From Anaerolineae bacterium (GTDB lineage Bacteria; Chloroflexota; Anaerolineae; S140-20): a DNA stretch of 64,000 nt. A program made the translations under genes and the position numbers. The stretch spans positions 1 through 64,000 of the forward strand of contig JALUTT010000077.1 of the NCBI GenBank assembly GCA_027021705.1, written 5' to 3'. Below are positions 18,024 through 27,180 of this stretch, one piece after another. Numbering within the stretch: the first letter of the stretch is position 1; the number at the start of each line of letters is the position of its first letter. Below the pieces are notes generated by a model. That model saw only the letters and a program-made list of their open reading frames with translations, was not told the origin of the DNA and ran no database searches.

Positions 18024-19091
18024 TCAAGCCCCCGAGGTTTGGAAGTCCTCATCGGAGGCGAGGAAGTCGGGCTCCAGGCGGGCGACGAAGCCGGCCAGCA
18101 GCCGGGCGGTCCGCTCCAAGTCCTTCAGGTTCACGGTCTCCACCGGGCTGTGCATGTAGCGGAGCGGGATGCTGACCAGGCCGGTCGGAATCCCCTCCCG
18201 ACTGACCTGGATGGCCCAGGCATCGGTCCCGCTGCGGCCCGGGATCGGCTCGACCTGGTAGGGGACTTCCAGCGCTTTGGCCGTCGCCTCCAGCTCCTCG
18301 AAGAGGCGGGGGTGGATGTTGGGGCCGTAGGCGATGGTCGGCCCCTTCCCCAGGGCGAAGGACTCCTCTTCAGGGACGCCGTTCTGGCGGCCAAAGGTGA
18401 CGTCCACGGCGATGGCCGCGTCGGGGGCCAAGCCGTAGGCGCTGGTCATCGCGCCGAAGAGCCCCACTTCTTCCTGGACCGTTGCCACGGCGTAGACGTC
18501 CCACCTATGGCGCATCGAACTCAGGGCCTCTAGGGCGAGGATGAGGGCTGCTACCGAAGCCCGGTTGTCCAGCGCCTTCCCGCTGAAGAGGTCGCCCTTC
18601 AGTTCCAGGGCCTCTTGGCGAAAGCTGATCAGGTCCCCGACCCGGACCAGCTTTTCCACCTCTTCGGGGGGAAGCCCTACGTCCACGAAGAGCTCTTCCC
18701 AGGGAAGCGCCTTGTCCCGCTGGTCGGGCGGGAGGACGTGAGGGGGGCGACTGCCGACGATGCCCGGCAGGTCCCGCCGCCCGTGGACGGTGACCTTCTG
18801 GCCCCAGAGGAGGCGGCGGTCCGTTCCTCCCACGGGGGTGATGCGCAGGAATCCCTTCTCGATGCCGGAGACTATCAGGCCGATCTCGTCCATGTGGGCG
18901 GCCAGCATCAGCCGCCGATGGGGGGGCTCCCCTTCGCCCCGCTTGAGGGCGATGAGATTGCCCAGCTTGTCCTCGCGCACTTCGTCGGCGAAGCGGGCGA
19001 GGGAGTCCCGAACCAGGTCACGGATGGCCTGTTCGTAGCCGGAGATCCCTGGTGTCTCCGAAAGTTGCTTGAGGAGCGGTACGGTATCCAT
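18024..19091 (-). CDS. M42 (TET) family aminopeptidase
   Basis: AAHMDEIG, KALDNRAS, QEEVGLFGA, YMHSP. True start is near 19091 (MDTVPLL); the upstream extension in the ORF track is an off-frame read of the Pro/Thr-rich gene. Confidence 0.92.
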   Translation of the reverse strand: MDTVPLLKQLSETPGISGYEQAIRDLVRDSLARFADEVREDKLGNLIALKRGEGEPPHRRLMLAAHMDEIGLIVSGIEKGFLRITPVGGTDRRLLWGQKVTVHGRRDLPGIVGSRPPHVLPPDQRDKALPWEELFVDVGLPPEEVEKLVRVGDLISFRQEALELKGDLFSGKALDNRASVAALILALEALSSMRHRWDVYAVATVQEEVGLFGAMTSAYGLAPDAAIAVDVTFGRQNGVPEEESFALGKGPTIAYGPNIHPRLFEELEATAKALEVPYQVEPIPGRSGTDAWAIQVSREGIPTGLVSIPLRYMHSPVETVNLKDLERTARLLAGFVARLEPDFLASDEDFQTSGA

Positions 19092-19783
19092 CACGATCCT
19101 GTATCCTTCCTGTCTTGAGCTGTGAAGGAGAACAAGGAGAAGGTGCTTTCGGTCGAGGTGCTCGTGGCCGTCACCGTGACGGTGGGGGTGATGGGGGTGG
19201 CGGTGGGCGTGGAGAGGGTAGGGGTCGCCGGTGGCGGCACGGGCGTGTCGGTCGGTGTGGATGGGAGCGGTGTGAAGGTGGCCGTAGGAGCCCCCGGTGT
19301 TGGGGTCTCCGTAGCGGTCGGCTCCACGGGTGTCGGCGTGAGGGTGGCTGTAGGCGTTGGCAGGGTGGGCGTCCAGGTCGCCGTAGGGGTGAGCGTCTCG
19401 GTGGGCGTCGGCGTGAAGGTGGGTGTGGCCGTTGCCGTCGGGGTTGGGGTGGGCGTTGGCGTCGCCGTGGGTGTGAGGGTCCCCGTGGGCGTCTCCGTGG
19501 GCGTGGATGTGGGGGTGGGTGTCGGTGGGAGCCACTGGGTCGGCGTAGGGGGTAGCGTGCGGGTGGGCTCAAAGGGCCCCAGCGTGGCGGTCGGAGGCAT
19601 CGGGGTTGGCGTGGGCTGCATTGGCGGCGAGGTCGCCGTCGGCGTTGGTGGGGCGGGAGGGGTGGGGCGGAAGAGCAGCAGCCCGACCCCCAGGCAATAG
19701 CAAGGCAGGGTGAGCAGGATGATGGCGATCAAGACGCTGTAGAGGGTGCGGCGCTCCTGGGGAACGCCTTGAAACCAACGCAT
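19091..19783 (-). CDS. Membrane-anchored Pro/Thr-rich protein
   Basis: One TM helix ([24 protein letters not shown]) followed by ~170 aa of PT repeats. Confidence 0.75.
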   Translation of the reverse strand: MRWFQGVPQERRTLYSVLIAIILLTLPCYCLGVGLLLFRPTPPAPPTPTATSPPMQPTPTPMPPTATLGPFEPTRTLPPTPTQWLPPTPTPTSTPTETPTGTLTPTATPTPTPTPTATATPTFTPTPTETLTPTATWTPTLPTPTATLTPTPVEPTATETPTPGAPTATFTPLPSTPTDTPVPPPATPTLSTPTATPITPTVTVTATSTSTESTFSLFSFTAQDRKDTGS

Positions 19784-19821
19784 TCGCAATCTCCGTTGCT
19801 GGGAGACCTGGTGCTCATCGG

Positions 19822-19943
19822 GTATCTATTCAGCCTACCCTCCGGCAGGTCGCCGGTCGAGGGCGCTTTCAGCCCCGATGGGCTATTTGAAGCATGGTTT
19901 CGCGTCGGAAACGCGCCTAACCTGCGGGAGGGTGCACAGTTAC
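19822..19943 (+). mobile_element. MITE family B, 122 bp, with 8-bp target-site duplication
   Basis: Ends GTATCTATTCA...TGCACAGTTAC; CTCATCGG is duplicated at 19814-19821 and 19944-19951; internal inverted arms ACCCTCC(C/G)GCAGGT / ACCTGCGGGAGGGT. Confidence 0.9.
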
Positions 19944-19975
19944 CTCATCGGCTTGATAGGCACATCGGGGAAGAG

Positions 19976-20004
19976 AAGATACCACACTCTCTCCACCTTG
20001 TCAA
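19976..20004 (-). promoter_or_regulatory. Sigma70-type promoter for the Pro/Thr-rich protein/M42 operon
   Basis: TTGACA-17bp-TATCTT with a TG extension on the minus strand. Confidence 0.7.
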
Positions 20005-20015
20005 ATGCTCGCGAT

Positions 20016-20172
20016 GCGGTGATTACTCACAAGGGAGCGAGAGAGTGGTCCATAGCGGGCCGTCCACGGATTTCTCACAAATGCACGAATGAGGCGGTCC
20101 TTAATTCGTGTATTCGTGCCCCATTCGTGGACGGCTCGTCTCCCTATCTCCAAAGATATGGGTAATCACCGG
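20016..20172 (+). mobile_element. MITE family A, copy 2 (157 bp), with 8-bp target-site duplication
   Basis: TIRs GCGGTGATTACTCA...TGGGTAATCACCGG; CTCGCGAT at 20008-20015 and 20173-20180. Confidence 0.92.
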
Positions 20173-20238
20173 CTCGCGATCCTCCTGCAGGTCCCGTCAG
20201 GGTATGTCAGCCACCGGGTGCGCCCGACCTGGGGAGGC

Positions 20239-21081
20239 TTAAGGACGGCGGGTGTCGAAACGGGAGGCCAGGGTCCTCAGGTCGGTCCGCGCCGTCAGGT
20301 CCAGGCTGAGAGGCGAGACGGTCACCATCCGCCGGACGCTGAAGACGTAGATGTCCGAATCAGGCTCCAGTCGGTCCGGGTCCACCACCGGCTCGTAGTC
20401 CAAGGGGGCCGGGTTGTCCAAGGGTGGGGGAGCCTCTTCCCCTGGGCGGTCCCGAAGGGCCAGGGGCATGAAGTAGCGCTGACGAGAGATGCGGGTCATC
20501 CGCCAGGGGGTCTCGGGCGTCGCAGTGCTAGGGACGTCCACCTTCAGCGCGTCTACGTCGGGCGGGAGGGGGACCTGGAGGAGCCGCCGGGCGAAGAAGC
20601 GGGTGAAGTGGATGGCGGCGGTGAAGTCCACGTCCTCAGAATAGGTCAGGTGGTAGAATTTGTGGGTCTCCAGGGAGACGGCCAGCCCCTTGATGCCGAA
20701 GCTGGCCGCCTCCAGGACGGCCCCGATGGTGCCGCTGACCGTGACACCGCTGCCCAGGTTCTCCCCGTAGTTGATGCCGGCCACGAGCAAGGCCGGTCGG
20801 CGATAGGCCAGTTCCAGAAGCGCATGCTGGACGACCTGCGCCGGTGCCCCTTCGATGGCATAGGCGCGGAAGGACCGGGGACCTACTTCAAGGGTCGTTT
20901 CGATGATCCGCCCTGTGGCCGAGGCGGGCATGCTCCGTCCGGCGCCCGTCTGCTGCCAGCGGGGGGCAGCGATCAGCAGGTCCCCCAGATCGTGTACGGC
21001 TTCTACGGCGGCCCTCAATCCCGGTGAGGCGATGCCGTCGTCGTTGGTGACGAGGATGAGAGGCCGGTCGCCATTGGTCAC
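20239..21081 (-). CDS. surE: 5'/3'-nucleotidase SurE (paralog 2)
   Basis: ILVTNDDG, GINYGENLG, SGTIGA; the GTG at 21081 overlaps the stop of paralog 1. Confidence 0.9.
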   Translation of the reverse strand: MTNGDRPLILVTNDDGIASPGLRAAVEAVHDLGDLLIAAPRWQQTGAGRSMPASATGRIIETTLEVGPRSFRAYAIEGAPAQVVQHALLELAYRRPALLVAGINYGENLGSGVTVSGTIGAVLEAASFGIKGLAVSLETHKFYHLTYSEDVDFTAAIHFTRFFARRLLQVPLPPDVDALKVDVPSTATPETPWRMTRISRQRYFMPLALRDRPGEEAPPPLDNPAPLDYEPVVDPDRLEPDSDIYVFSVRRMVTVSPLSLDLTARTDLRTLASRFDTRRP

Positions 21082-21833
21082 CAATCCCACTCCCGTAGTC
21101 GGTTCATCAGCTCATAAGCGGTCATGTCCAGTTGGAGCGGTGTGATGGAGACGTAGTTGTGGGCCAGGGCCCAGATGTCGGTGCCTTCTTCGGGGACGCC
21201 CGTGGGGCGGTCCCCCCCGATCCAGTAGTAGGGCTTGCCCCGAGGGTCCACCCGCCGCACCAGTTGGTCCCGGTAGATGCGTAGCCCCTGGCGGGTGATG
21301 AGGACGCCGGCGATCTCCTCTTCGGGGACGTTGGGCACGTTGACGTTGAGGAGGGTATAGGGAGGGAGCCCTTCCTGGGCGATACGTTGGGCCAGTCGAG
21401 CGGCGAATTGGGCAGCGAAGGTGTAGTCGGCATCCCCTCCCTGTCCGTCCAGAGAGACGGCGATGGCGAGGGCCCCGGCGATGGCCCCTTCCATCGCGGC
21501 GGTCACCGTGCCCGAGTAGGTGACGTCGTGGCCTAGGTTGGCCGTGGGGTTGATGCCGGAGACGACCATGTCAATGGGCTCCTCCACGATGCCCAGGAAG
21601 GCCAAGGCGACGGCATCGGAGGGGGCACCGTTGGTGGCCAAGGCCATCGTCCCGTCGGCCAGCCGGGCCGGTTCTACCCGGAGGGGCTTGTGCATCGTCT
21701 TCACGTGGCCGGAGGCGCTCCAGTTGTGGGAAGGGGCCAGGACCGTCACCTTGCCCACCTGGCTGAGGGCCTGCTTCAGGGCCAGCAACCCCGGCGCGCC
21801 TATGCCGTCATCGTTAGTAACCAAGATGTGCAT
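21078..21833 (-). CDS. surE: 5'/3'-nucleotidase SurE (paralog 1)
   Basis: MHILVTNDDG, SGINPTANLG, YSGTVTAAMEG, DPRGKPYYW. Confidence 0.95.
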   Translation of the reverse strand: MHILVTNDDGIGAPGLLALKQALSQVGKVTVLAPSHNWSASGHVKTMHKPLRVEPARLADGTMALATNGAPSDAVALAFLGIVEEPIDMVVSGINPTANLGHDVTYSGTVTAAMEGAIAGALAIAVSLDGQGGDADYTFAAQFAARLAQRIAQEGLPPYTLLNVNVPNVPEEEIAGVLITRQGLRIYRDQLVRRVDPRGKPYYWIGGDRPTGVPEEGTDIWALAHNYVSITPLQLDMTAYELMNRLREWDW

Positions 21834-22397
21834 CTACATCCTCTCGTGCAAGAGTGCGAGCAGCTTGTGCAGGCAACGGGCGGCGCTTCGATTGCCCTGC
21901 GCTGCCCGCTCCAAGGAGAAGTGGGGGGCAATCCGACGGGCCATCTCAACTTCTGTGGGGAACTTCCCAATCCTGCGCTGGAAGAGACGCTTGAGCTGGG
22001 CCTTGGCATCTCTGAGGGAATCTGTTGGGAGATGGCTAAACGTTGTCCCCGTTGCAACTTGAAGGGCCTGGCCATCGGCCAGAAACCAAGCTTCCAATTC
22101 TCGGACACACACGCAAACCAGTACATCGGGCTCTCGACGCAAGTTGGCCAGACGCCGGGCCGTAGCCGGGGCGCAGGGGTCTTGGTCTTGGTCCAGCAGG
22201 AAGAGCACGTAATGACACCCCTGTTGTCGCAAGAGGTCAAGATGCTTCTGAGCATCACGGATCAGCCGAGGTCGTCCTTGGGCCTGACGCACTTTCAACA
22301 CGAACCCCTTCTGACGCCACCAAGGGGCATTCTGCTTAAGGAAGATGAGGTCAGAGGTTCCCTCCACAACGATTCCCAATACTACCCGTGGGCTCAT
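21834..22397 (-). CDS. TOPRIM-fold protein (DUF4276/RloB-like), partner of the upstream ATPase
   Basis: VVEGTSD, LLDQD and RELEAWFLAD motifs; translationally coupled to the ATPase. Confidence 0.7.
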   Translation of the reverse strand: MSPRVVLGIVVEGTSDLIFLKQNAPWWRQKGFVLKVRQAQGRPRLIRDAQKHLDLLRQQGCHYVLFLLDQDQDPCAPATARRLANLRREPDVLVCVCVRELEAWFLADGQALQVATGTTFSHLPTDSLRDAKAQLKRLFQRRIGKFPTEVEMARRIAPHFSLERAAQGNRSAARCLHKLLALLHERM

Positions 22398-23629
22398 ACC
22401 GGTGTCCCGTGCTCCAGGTAGCCTTGTAGCCAGAGTTCGTCAAGAGTGAAGCGTTCCAAAAAGGTCTCGATCTGGGCAATCTCGCTGGCCCGGACGACTC
22501 GGCTGAGCCCATCCACTTTGTCCATCAGCCACACCTCTTCGGGCCGGCAATAGCGCACGAAGTCCGCGCTATGAGTCGTGATGATGATGGGCGTCCGCCG
22601 ACCCGTCTCCCGCATCAAGGCCACCAGCGGTTCCAGGGCGGCGGGGTGGAGCCCCCGTTCTGGCTCTTCGATGATGATCTCGCTGGCTCGTTCGTCCTCG
22701 TGCAGGAGGGCGATGAGCAGGATAAGCAATCGGAGAGTGCCGTAGGAGACCAAGCTGGCAGGCAAGCTCCCGCGAAGTCCCTTCTCCCGCACTTTGAACG
22801 TGACGGTTCCATCGGGGAGCAACTCCGTCCGCCAGCCCTCAAATCCCGGCACCAGTGTTTGCATCAACGTGATCACCCGTTCTCGAAGGCCATCGCCCTC
22901 CATCGGTGCTTTTTCCAAGCGCTGCAAGACGAGGGCCAAAGTCTCCCCTGTCTCTGAGAGGGTGGTCTTCTCTTGAGGCCGGACCGGAGTCTGCGCGGCG
23001 AGAGGTTGGGGATCGTAGAAGCGCCAGCGGGCGATCTCCTCTCCCAGCATCAGGCTGGCGAGGGAGCCGAAACGGTTCCCGACGAAAAGATGGGCCTGGT
23101 TTTCCTCCGGGATCGGTAACGTCTGTCGTCTTTCCGCCACGGACTCTTCAAGAAAGACTTGTTCCGCTGTCCGTCGGAACCGGGAGAGCACTTGTTCCTG
23201 CTCCAAGGTCTCTTCGTCAGCGCTCCGACCCCACAGGGTGGCTTCTTCAAGCACCACTTGATACCCCTTCCCGGTGTATCGGAAGCGAAGCCGGTAGACG
23301 TACCGCACTGAGCGGAAGCGTTGAAGCGATGCCTTGCCTTCTTGCCTTGAGTGGACCCGGATCTCACCTTCCTGGTTCAACGAGCCTTCCAGGGTAAAGC
23401 GCACCTCCTTCCGGCGCTTACGACGGCAGCGGATGGCCGACCACCCTCCTCGACGGGCTGCAGCGACACTCAGTCCCCCGGCTACGCTCTCTTGCAGGAA
23501 CCGGAGCGCATCTACCAGGTTGGTCTTCCCACAGGCGTTCGGACCGACCAGGACATTGAAGGGCCCCAGCTCCAGCCTAAAGCTGTCCCCGAAGGTCTTG
23601 TAGTTGGCGATCTCCAGCGCCGTGATCAT
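22394..23629 (-). CDS. ABC/SMC-like ATPase (AAA_21/AAA_15 type)
   Basis: LEIANYKTF, GPNACGKTN Walker A, VSYGTLR signature, IIIEEPERGLHP Walker B/D-loop, TTHS H-loop. Confidence 0.88.
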   Translation of the reverse strand: MITALEIANYKTFGDSFRLELGPFNVLVGPNACGKTNLVDALRFLQESVAGGLSVAAARRGGWSAIRCRRKRRKEVRFTLEGSLNQEGEIRVHSRQEGKASLQRFRSVRYVYRLRFRYTGKGYQVVLEEATLWGRSADEETLEQEQVLSRFRRTAEQVFLEESVAERRQTLPIPEENQAHLFVGNRFGSLASLMLGEEIARWRFYDPQPLAAQTPVRPQEKTTLSETGETLALVLQRLEKAPMEGDGLRERVITLMQTLVPGFEGWRTELLPDGTVTFKVREKGLRGSLPASLVSYGTLRLLILLIALLHEDERASEIIIEEPERGLHPAALEPLVALMRETGRRTPIIITTHSADFVRYCRPEEVWLMDKVDGLSRVVRASEIAQIETFLERFTLDELWLQGYLEHGTPV

Positions 23630-26600
23630 TCCTCTCTCCGAACGAAGATCTTCACCTTGGGGCTCTCGGTCTTGTTCCCCGCCGCATCGTAGGCGATGAC
23701 GTGGATGGTGTGGGCACCGGTGCTCTTGATGATCCAGCGGTCGTTGAAGGGGGCAACCCGGCGGGTGGAGAAGAGTTCATCGTCAATGTAGAACTCCACC
23801 CGGTCCACGGAGATGTTGTCCTGGACCTCAACGTTGACGTTGACCCATTCGTCGTCGCCGAAGATGTACTCGGCCCCGTCGGGCGGGTAGGTCAGCTCCA
23901 GCTCCGGCGGCGTGTTGTCCACCGTCACCTGGATGGTGTGTTGCCGGAAGCTGCCATCGCGGTTGACGACGGTGAGCTGAAGGCTGTAGAGCCCCTCTTC
24001 GATCTGGCTGACATCCCAGAACTCCAGCGGGCCGTTGTCCACCTGATTGCCGTGGTCGGTGCCGATCTGGATCCAGGCTTCGGGGTTGAGGCCGGCACCA
24101 TAGGCCAGCCGGTAGAAGTTGAAATCGCCTCCCCGGGCGTTGCCCACGATGACCACGGCTCCGCTGATATAGCTGTAAGGTTGGGGCTCCACGATGGACA
24201 CCTCAGCGGCGTGGGGGTTGGGGCCGTAGACGGTATCCCACTCGGTGGGTGGCAGAGGCCGCTCGTTCTCGGTGGCCCAGTCCAGGGCCTCCGGCGGGTA
24301 AACCTCGAAGACCTTCTCCTCCACCAGCTCCGGCGGCGTGTAGACGGTGGCCAGCTTCCCCGTCTCCCGGTTGATGCGGAAGACCTGGTGAATGGTGTCG
24401 TAGGTGGTGGGTTCGGTGCCGGGGATGAAGATCTCGGTCACCGTGGGACAGTGGGGGGTGGGCAGGAGGCCGGAGACGGCACAGACCTGCTTCTCCACCA
24501 GCCCTTCGGGCCGGGGGAAGTCCACGATGGGTTCGTCGGCCAGGGCGTACTCCATGATCGCCTTCCAGATGGGCGCGGCCCCTTTGGAGCCGGGCACGTT
24601 CTCCATCGGTGTGTTATCGGTGTTGCCCACCCAGACTCCGGCGACCAACTGGGGGGTATAGCCGATGGTCCAGGCGTCCACGTAGTCGTTGGTGGTGCCC
24701 GTCTTGGCTGCTGCCGGCCGGTTGTTGTCCAGCTCCAGGGCGTTGGGGCAGCCGAAGGCTGCGCAACGGGCCTGGCGGTCCGAGAGAATGCTGTTCATCA
24801 GGTAGGCCAGTTGGGGCGAGAGGACGTCGCGCTGCTGCCGCTGGCTCTCGTCGTACTGCCAGAGGGTCTTGCCGTTGCGGTCCTCCACCCGCAGAATGGC
24901 GACGGGGTTCAGTTCCCGGTAGCCAGGTCGGCGCTGGGCCTCCGGCACCGGCACCCCCACCATCCGCCCGCCGTTGGCGAAGACGCTGAAGGCGTAGACC
25001 ATGTCCAGCAGCGAGACCTCCCCGCCGCCCAAAGTCAGGCTCAGGCCGTAATAGTCCAGTCCCTTGTCCAGCCCGTTGATGCCCATCCGATGGGCGGTGC
25101 GGAGCACGTTGTCAATGCCGGCCCAGTCCATGGCGATGACTGCAGGCACGTTGTAGGAGCGGGCCAGGGCGAGCCGGAGCCGCTGGGGACCGTGGTACTT
25201 CCGGTCGTAGTTCTCCGGCGTGTAGGGGGGGCGGCCCGGCTGGTCGAAAGCCTGACGCACGTCCCAGAAGAGGGTGGCCGCCGAATAGCCCTGGGAGAGC
25301 AGGGTCACATAGGTGAAAGGCTTGAAGGCAGAGCCGGGCTGGCGCTGCCCATCCACGGCCACGTTGAACTTGCCGTCAATGGTCTCGTCCCAGTAGTCCA
25401 GGCTGCCCACCATCGCCAGGATCTCCCCGGTGCTGGGCCGCAGGACGACCACCGAGGCGTTGGAGACCTGATGGTCCTTGCCCGCGTCGCGGGCGCGGAG
25501 GGGGTAGAGGTAACGGGCGGCCTCACAGCCATCGGCGATGGCCTCTCGCTGCACCACCTCGGGGTCTTCACCGGAGAGGCGGCGGACCTGGGCGCGGGCC
25601 ACGCACTCCGCCTGGGCCTGGAGGTCCAGGTCAATGGTGGTGTAGACCTTCAGCCCGCCTCGGTAGATCTGGTCCGGCTCCAGCCCCAACTGTTCGCTCA
25701 GGAGCCGGACAACGTAGGTGGAGAAGTGGGGGGCGATGATGTCAAAGCGCTGCTCCAGCTTCCGGTACTGGAGCTTTTCCTTCTTCGCCGCTTCCGCTTC
25801 CTGGCGGGTAATGCATCCCTGCTCCGCCATCCGGTCCAGGGCGACTTCCTGGCGCTTCTTGGCCAGAGCGCGGATCTCCGGGTCGTCGGAGAGGGGCGTG
25901 ATGGCCGGCGACTGGGGGATGGGGGCCAGCATGGCTGCCTCGGCCGGCGTCAGCTCCGCCGCCGACTTCCCGAAGTAGATGCGGGCGGCCGCCTCAATCC
26001 CGTAGGCCAGGTTGCCGTAGAAGTTGGTGTTCAGGTACCACTCCAGGATCTGGTCCTTGCTGTAACGGCGGGTGATCTCGGTGGCCAGGATCAGCTCCTT
26101 GATCTTGCGAGCGTAGCTGCGCTTCACCCGCTCCTCCGGGGAGATGAGGACGTTTTTGATGAGCTGTTGGGTGATGGAGCTGCCGCCCTGGATGGGGAGC
26201 CCCCGCAGGTTGGAGACGAAGGCGCGGGCGATCCCCTCGGGGTCAAAGCCGGGGTTCTCGTAGAAGGTCTTGTCCTCCAGGGCGATGGTCACGCACTGGA
26301 GGTGAGGGGAGATCTCGGCCAGGGGAACCCAACTCCGGTCGCCGGCGCGGGGGTCAATCACTTCGTAGAGCAGGACCTTGCCTGTGCGGTCGTAGATCTT
26401 GGTTGTTTCGAAGTCCTCCTCGACGACCTGGATCTTTTCAGGCTCCGGGAGGTCGCGGGCGAAGTAGGCGTAGACGCCGGCCACGGTGCCCACGCTCAGG
26501 GCGATGAGCAGGAAGAGGGTCAGGAAGGCGCAGCCGATGCCGCCGGCGGCGAGCCGCAAGGCGACTCCCAAGGGGGTTATCTGCCGCTTCTTACGTCGTC

Positions 26601-26640
26601 GCAGGCGTTGCCAACGGACGATGTGCAGGGTTCGTTTCAT
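23626..26640 (-). CDS. Class A bifunctional penicillin-binding protein (transglycosylase-transpeptidase) with C-terminal Ig-like domains
   Basis: EDKTFYEN, GGSSITQQLIKN and RKIKE transglycosylase motifs; SAFK, SYN and KTGT transpeptidase motifs. Confidence 0.94.
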   Translation of the reverse strand: MKRTLHIVRWQRLRRRKKRQITPLGVALRLAAGGIGCAFLTLFLLIALSVGTVAGVYAYFARDLPEPEKIQVVEEDFETTKIYDRTGKVLLYEVIDPRAGDRSWVPLAEISPHLQCVTIALEDKTFYENPGFDPEGIARAFVSNLRGLPIQGGSSITQQLIKNVLISPEERVKRSYARKIKELILATEITRRYSKDQILEWYLNTNFYGNLAYGIEAAARIYFGKSAAELTPAEAAMLAPIPQSPAITPLSDDPEIRALAKKRQEVALDRMAEQGCITRQEAEAAKKEKLQYRKLEQRFDIIAPHFSTYVVRLLSEQLGLEPDQIYRGGLKVYTTIDLDLQAQAECVARAQVRRLSGEDPEVVQREAIADGCEAARYLYPLRARDAGKDHQVSNASVVVLRPSTGEILAMVGSLDYWDETIDGKFNVAVDGQRQPGSAFKPFTYVTLLSQGYSAATLFWDVRQAFDQPGRPPYTPENYDRKYHGPQRLRLALARSYNVPAVIAMDWAGIDNVLRTAHRMGINGLDKGLDYYGLSLTLGGGEVSLLDMVYAFSVFANGGRMVGVPVPEAQRRPGYRELNPVAILRVEDRNGKTLWQYDESQRQQRDVLSPQLAYLMNSILSDRQARCAAFGCPNALELDNNRPAAAKTGTTNDYVDAWTIGYTPQLVAGVWVGNTDNTPMENVPGSKGAAPIWKAIMEYALADEPIVDFPRPEGLVEKQVCAVSGLLPTPHCPTVTEIFIPGTEPTTYDTIHQVFRINRETGKLATVYTPPELVEEKVFEVYPPEALDWATENERPLPPTEWDTVYGPNPHAAEVSIVEPQPYSYISGAVVIVGNARGGDFNFYRLAYGAGLNPEAWIQIGTDHGNQVDNGPLEFWDVSQIEEGLYSLQLTVVNRDGSFRQHTIQVTVDNTPPELELTYPPDGAEYIFGDDEWVNVNVEVQDNISVDRVEFYIDDELFSTRRVAPFNDRWIIKSTGAHTIHVIAYDAAGNKTESPKVKIFVRREE

Positions 26641-26707
26641 CGTGCTTCCTCGCTCATCCGCATCCCGGGGGATTGGTTGCCCAGCGGTGGCTGAACAGCA
26701 ACCAAGA

Positions 26708-26735
26708 ATTATACCCCTTGCGGCACCAGATGCAA
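26708..26735 (-). promoter_or_regulatory. Sigma70-type promoter for the PBP operon
   Basis: TTGCAT-16bp-TATAAT on the minus strand, about 70 bp upstream of the ATG at 26640. Confidence 0.65.
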
Positions 26736-26747
26736 GCTGGAGGCGCT

Positions 26748-26904
26748 GCAGTGATTACCCACAAGTGAGCGAGAGAGTGGTCCGTAGCGGGCCGTCCACG
26801 AATTTCTCACAAATGCAAGAATGAGGCGGTCCTTAATTCGTGTATTCGTGCCCCATTCGTGGATGGCTCGTCTCCCTATCTCCAAAGATATGGGTGATCA
26901 CCGG
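26748..26904 (+). mobile_element. MITE family A, copy 3 (157 bp), with 9-bp target-site duplication
   Basis: GCAGTGATTACCCA...TGGGTGATCACCGG; GGAGGCGCT at 26739-26747 and 26905-26913. Confidence 0.92.
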
Positions 26905-27180
26905 GGAGGCGCTCTGCTGTTTCCCCTCCTGAGATTGTACTTCAGGCCCGGTGAATCCGCAAGGGGGACGTGCGGTGGTTCCCTGTGGATGAGGGGGATC
27001 GCCGCTGAAAACCCCTTCACGAAGACCAAAAATTATGATACAATGGAGCCGAAGGCTGCGGATTCCCAGCCCGGAGGGGGGACGCCTGAGAAGAGGCCGG
27101 CGGTGCCTTTATCAGGCTGCTGCGCCGCCTGTTGTGAGCCGGACGAGCTGCCCATCGCCCGGCCGAGAGAGTTGCTGCCC

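Noticed and set aside
19150..19660. Highly repetitive GGCGT/GGTGT DNA
   Set aside because: Explained by the Pro/Thr-rich protein coding sequence; not an independent repeat element.
23701..26694. 997-aa plus-strand ORF (and similar long antisense ORFs at 1839, 4315, 52124 and 61265)
   Set aside because: Exact antisense shadows of well-supported genes.
26821..27180. N-terminal extension of rlmD, and similar 'MRRSLIRVFVPHSW' ORFs at 20089, 52124 and 55529
   Set aside because: These start inside MITE-A copies; recurrence reflects the repeat, not a conserved protein. No transposase motif.
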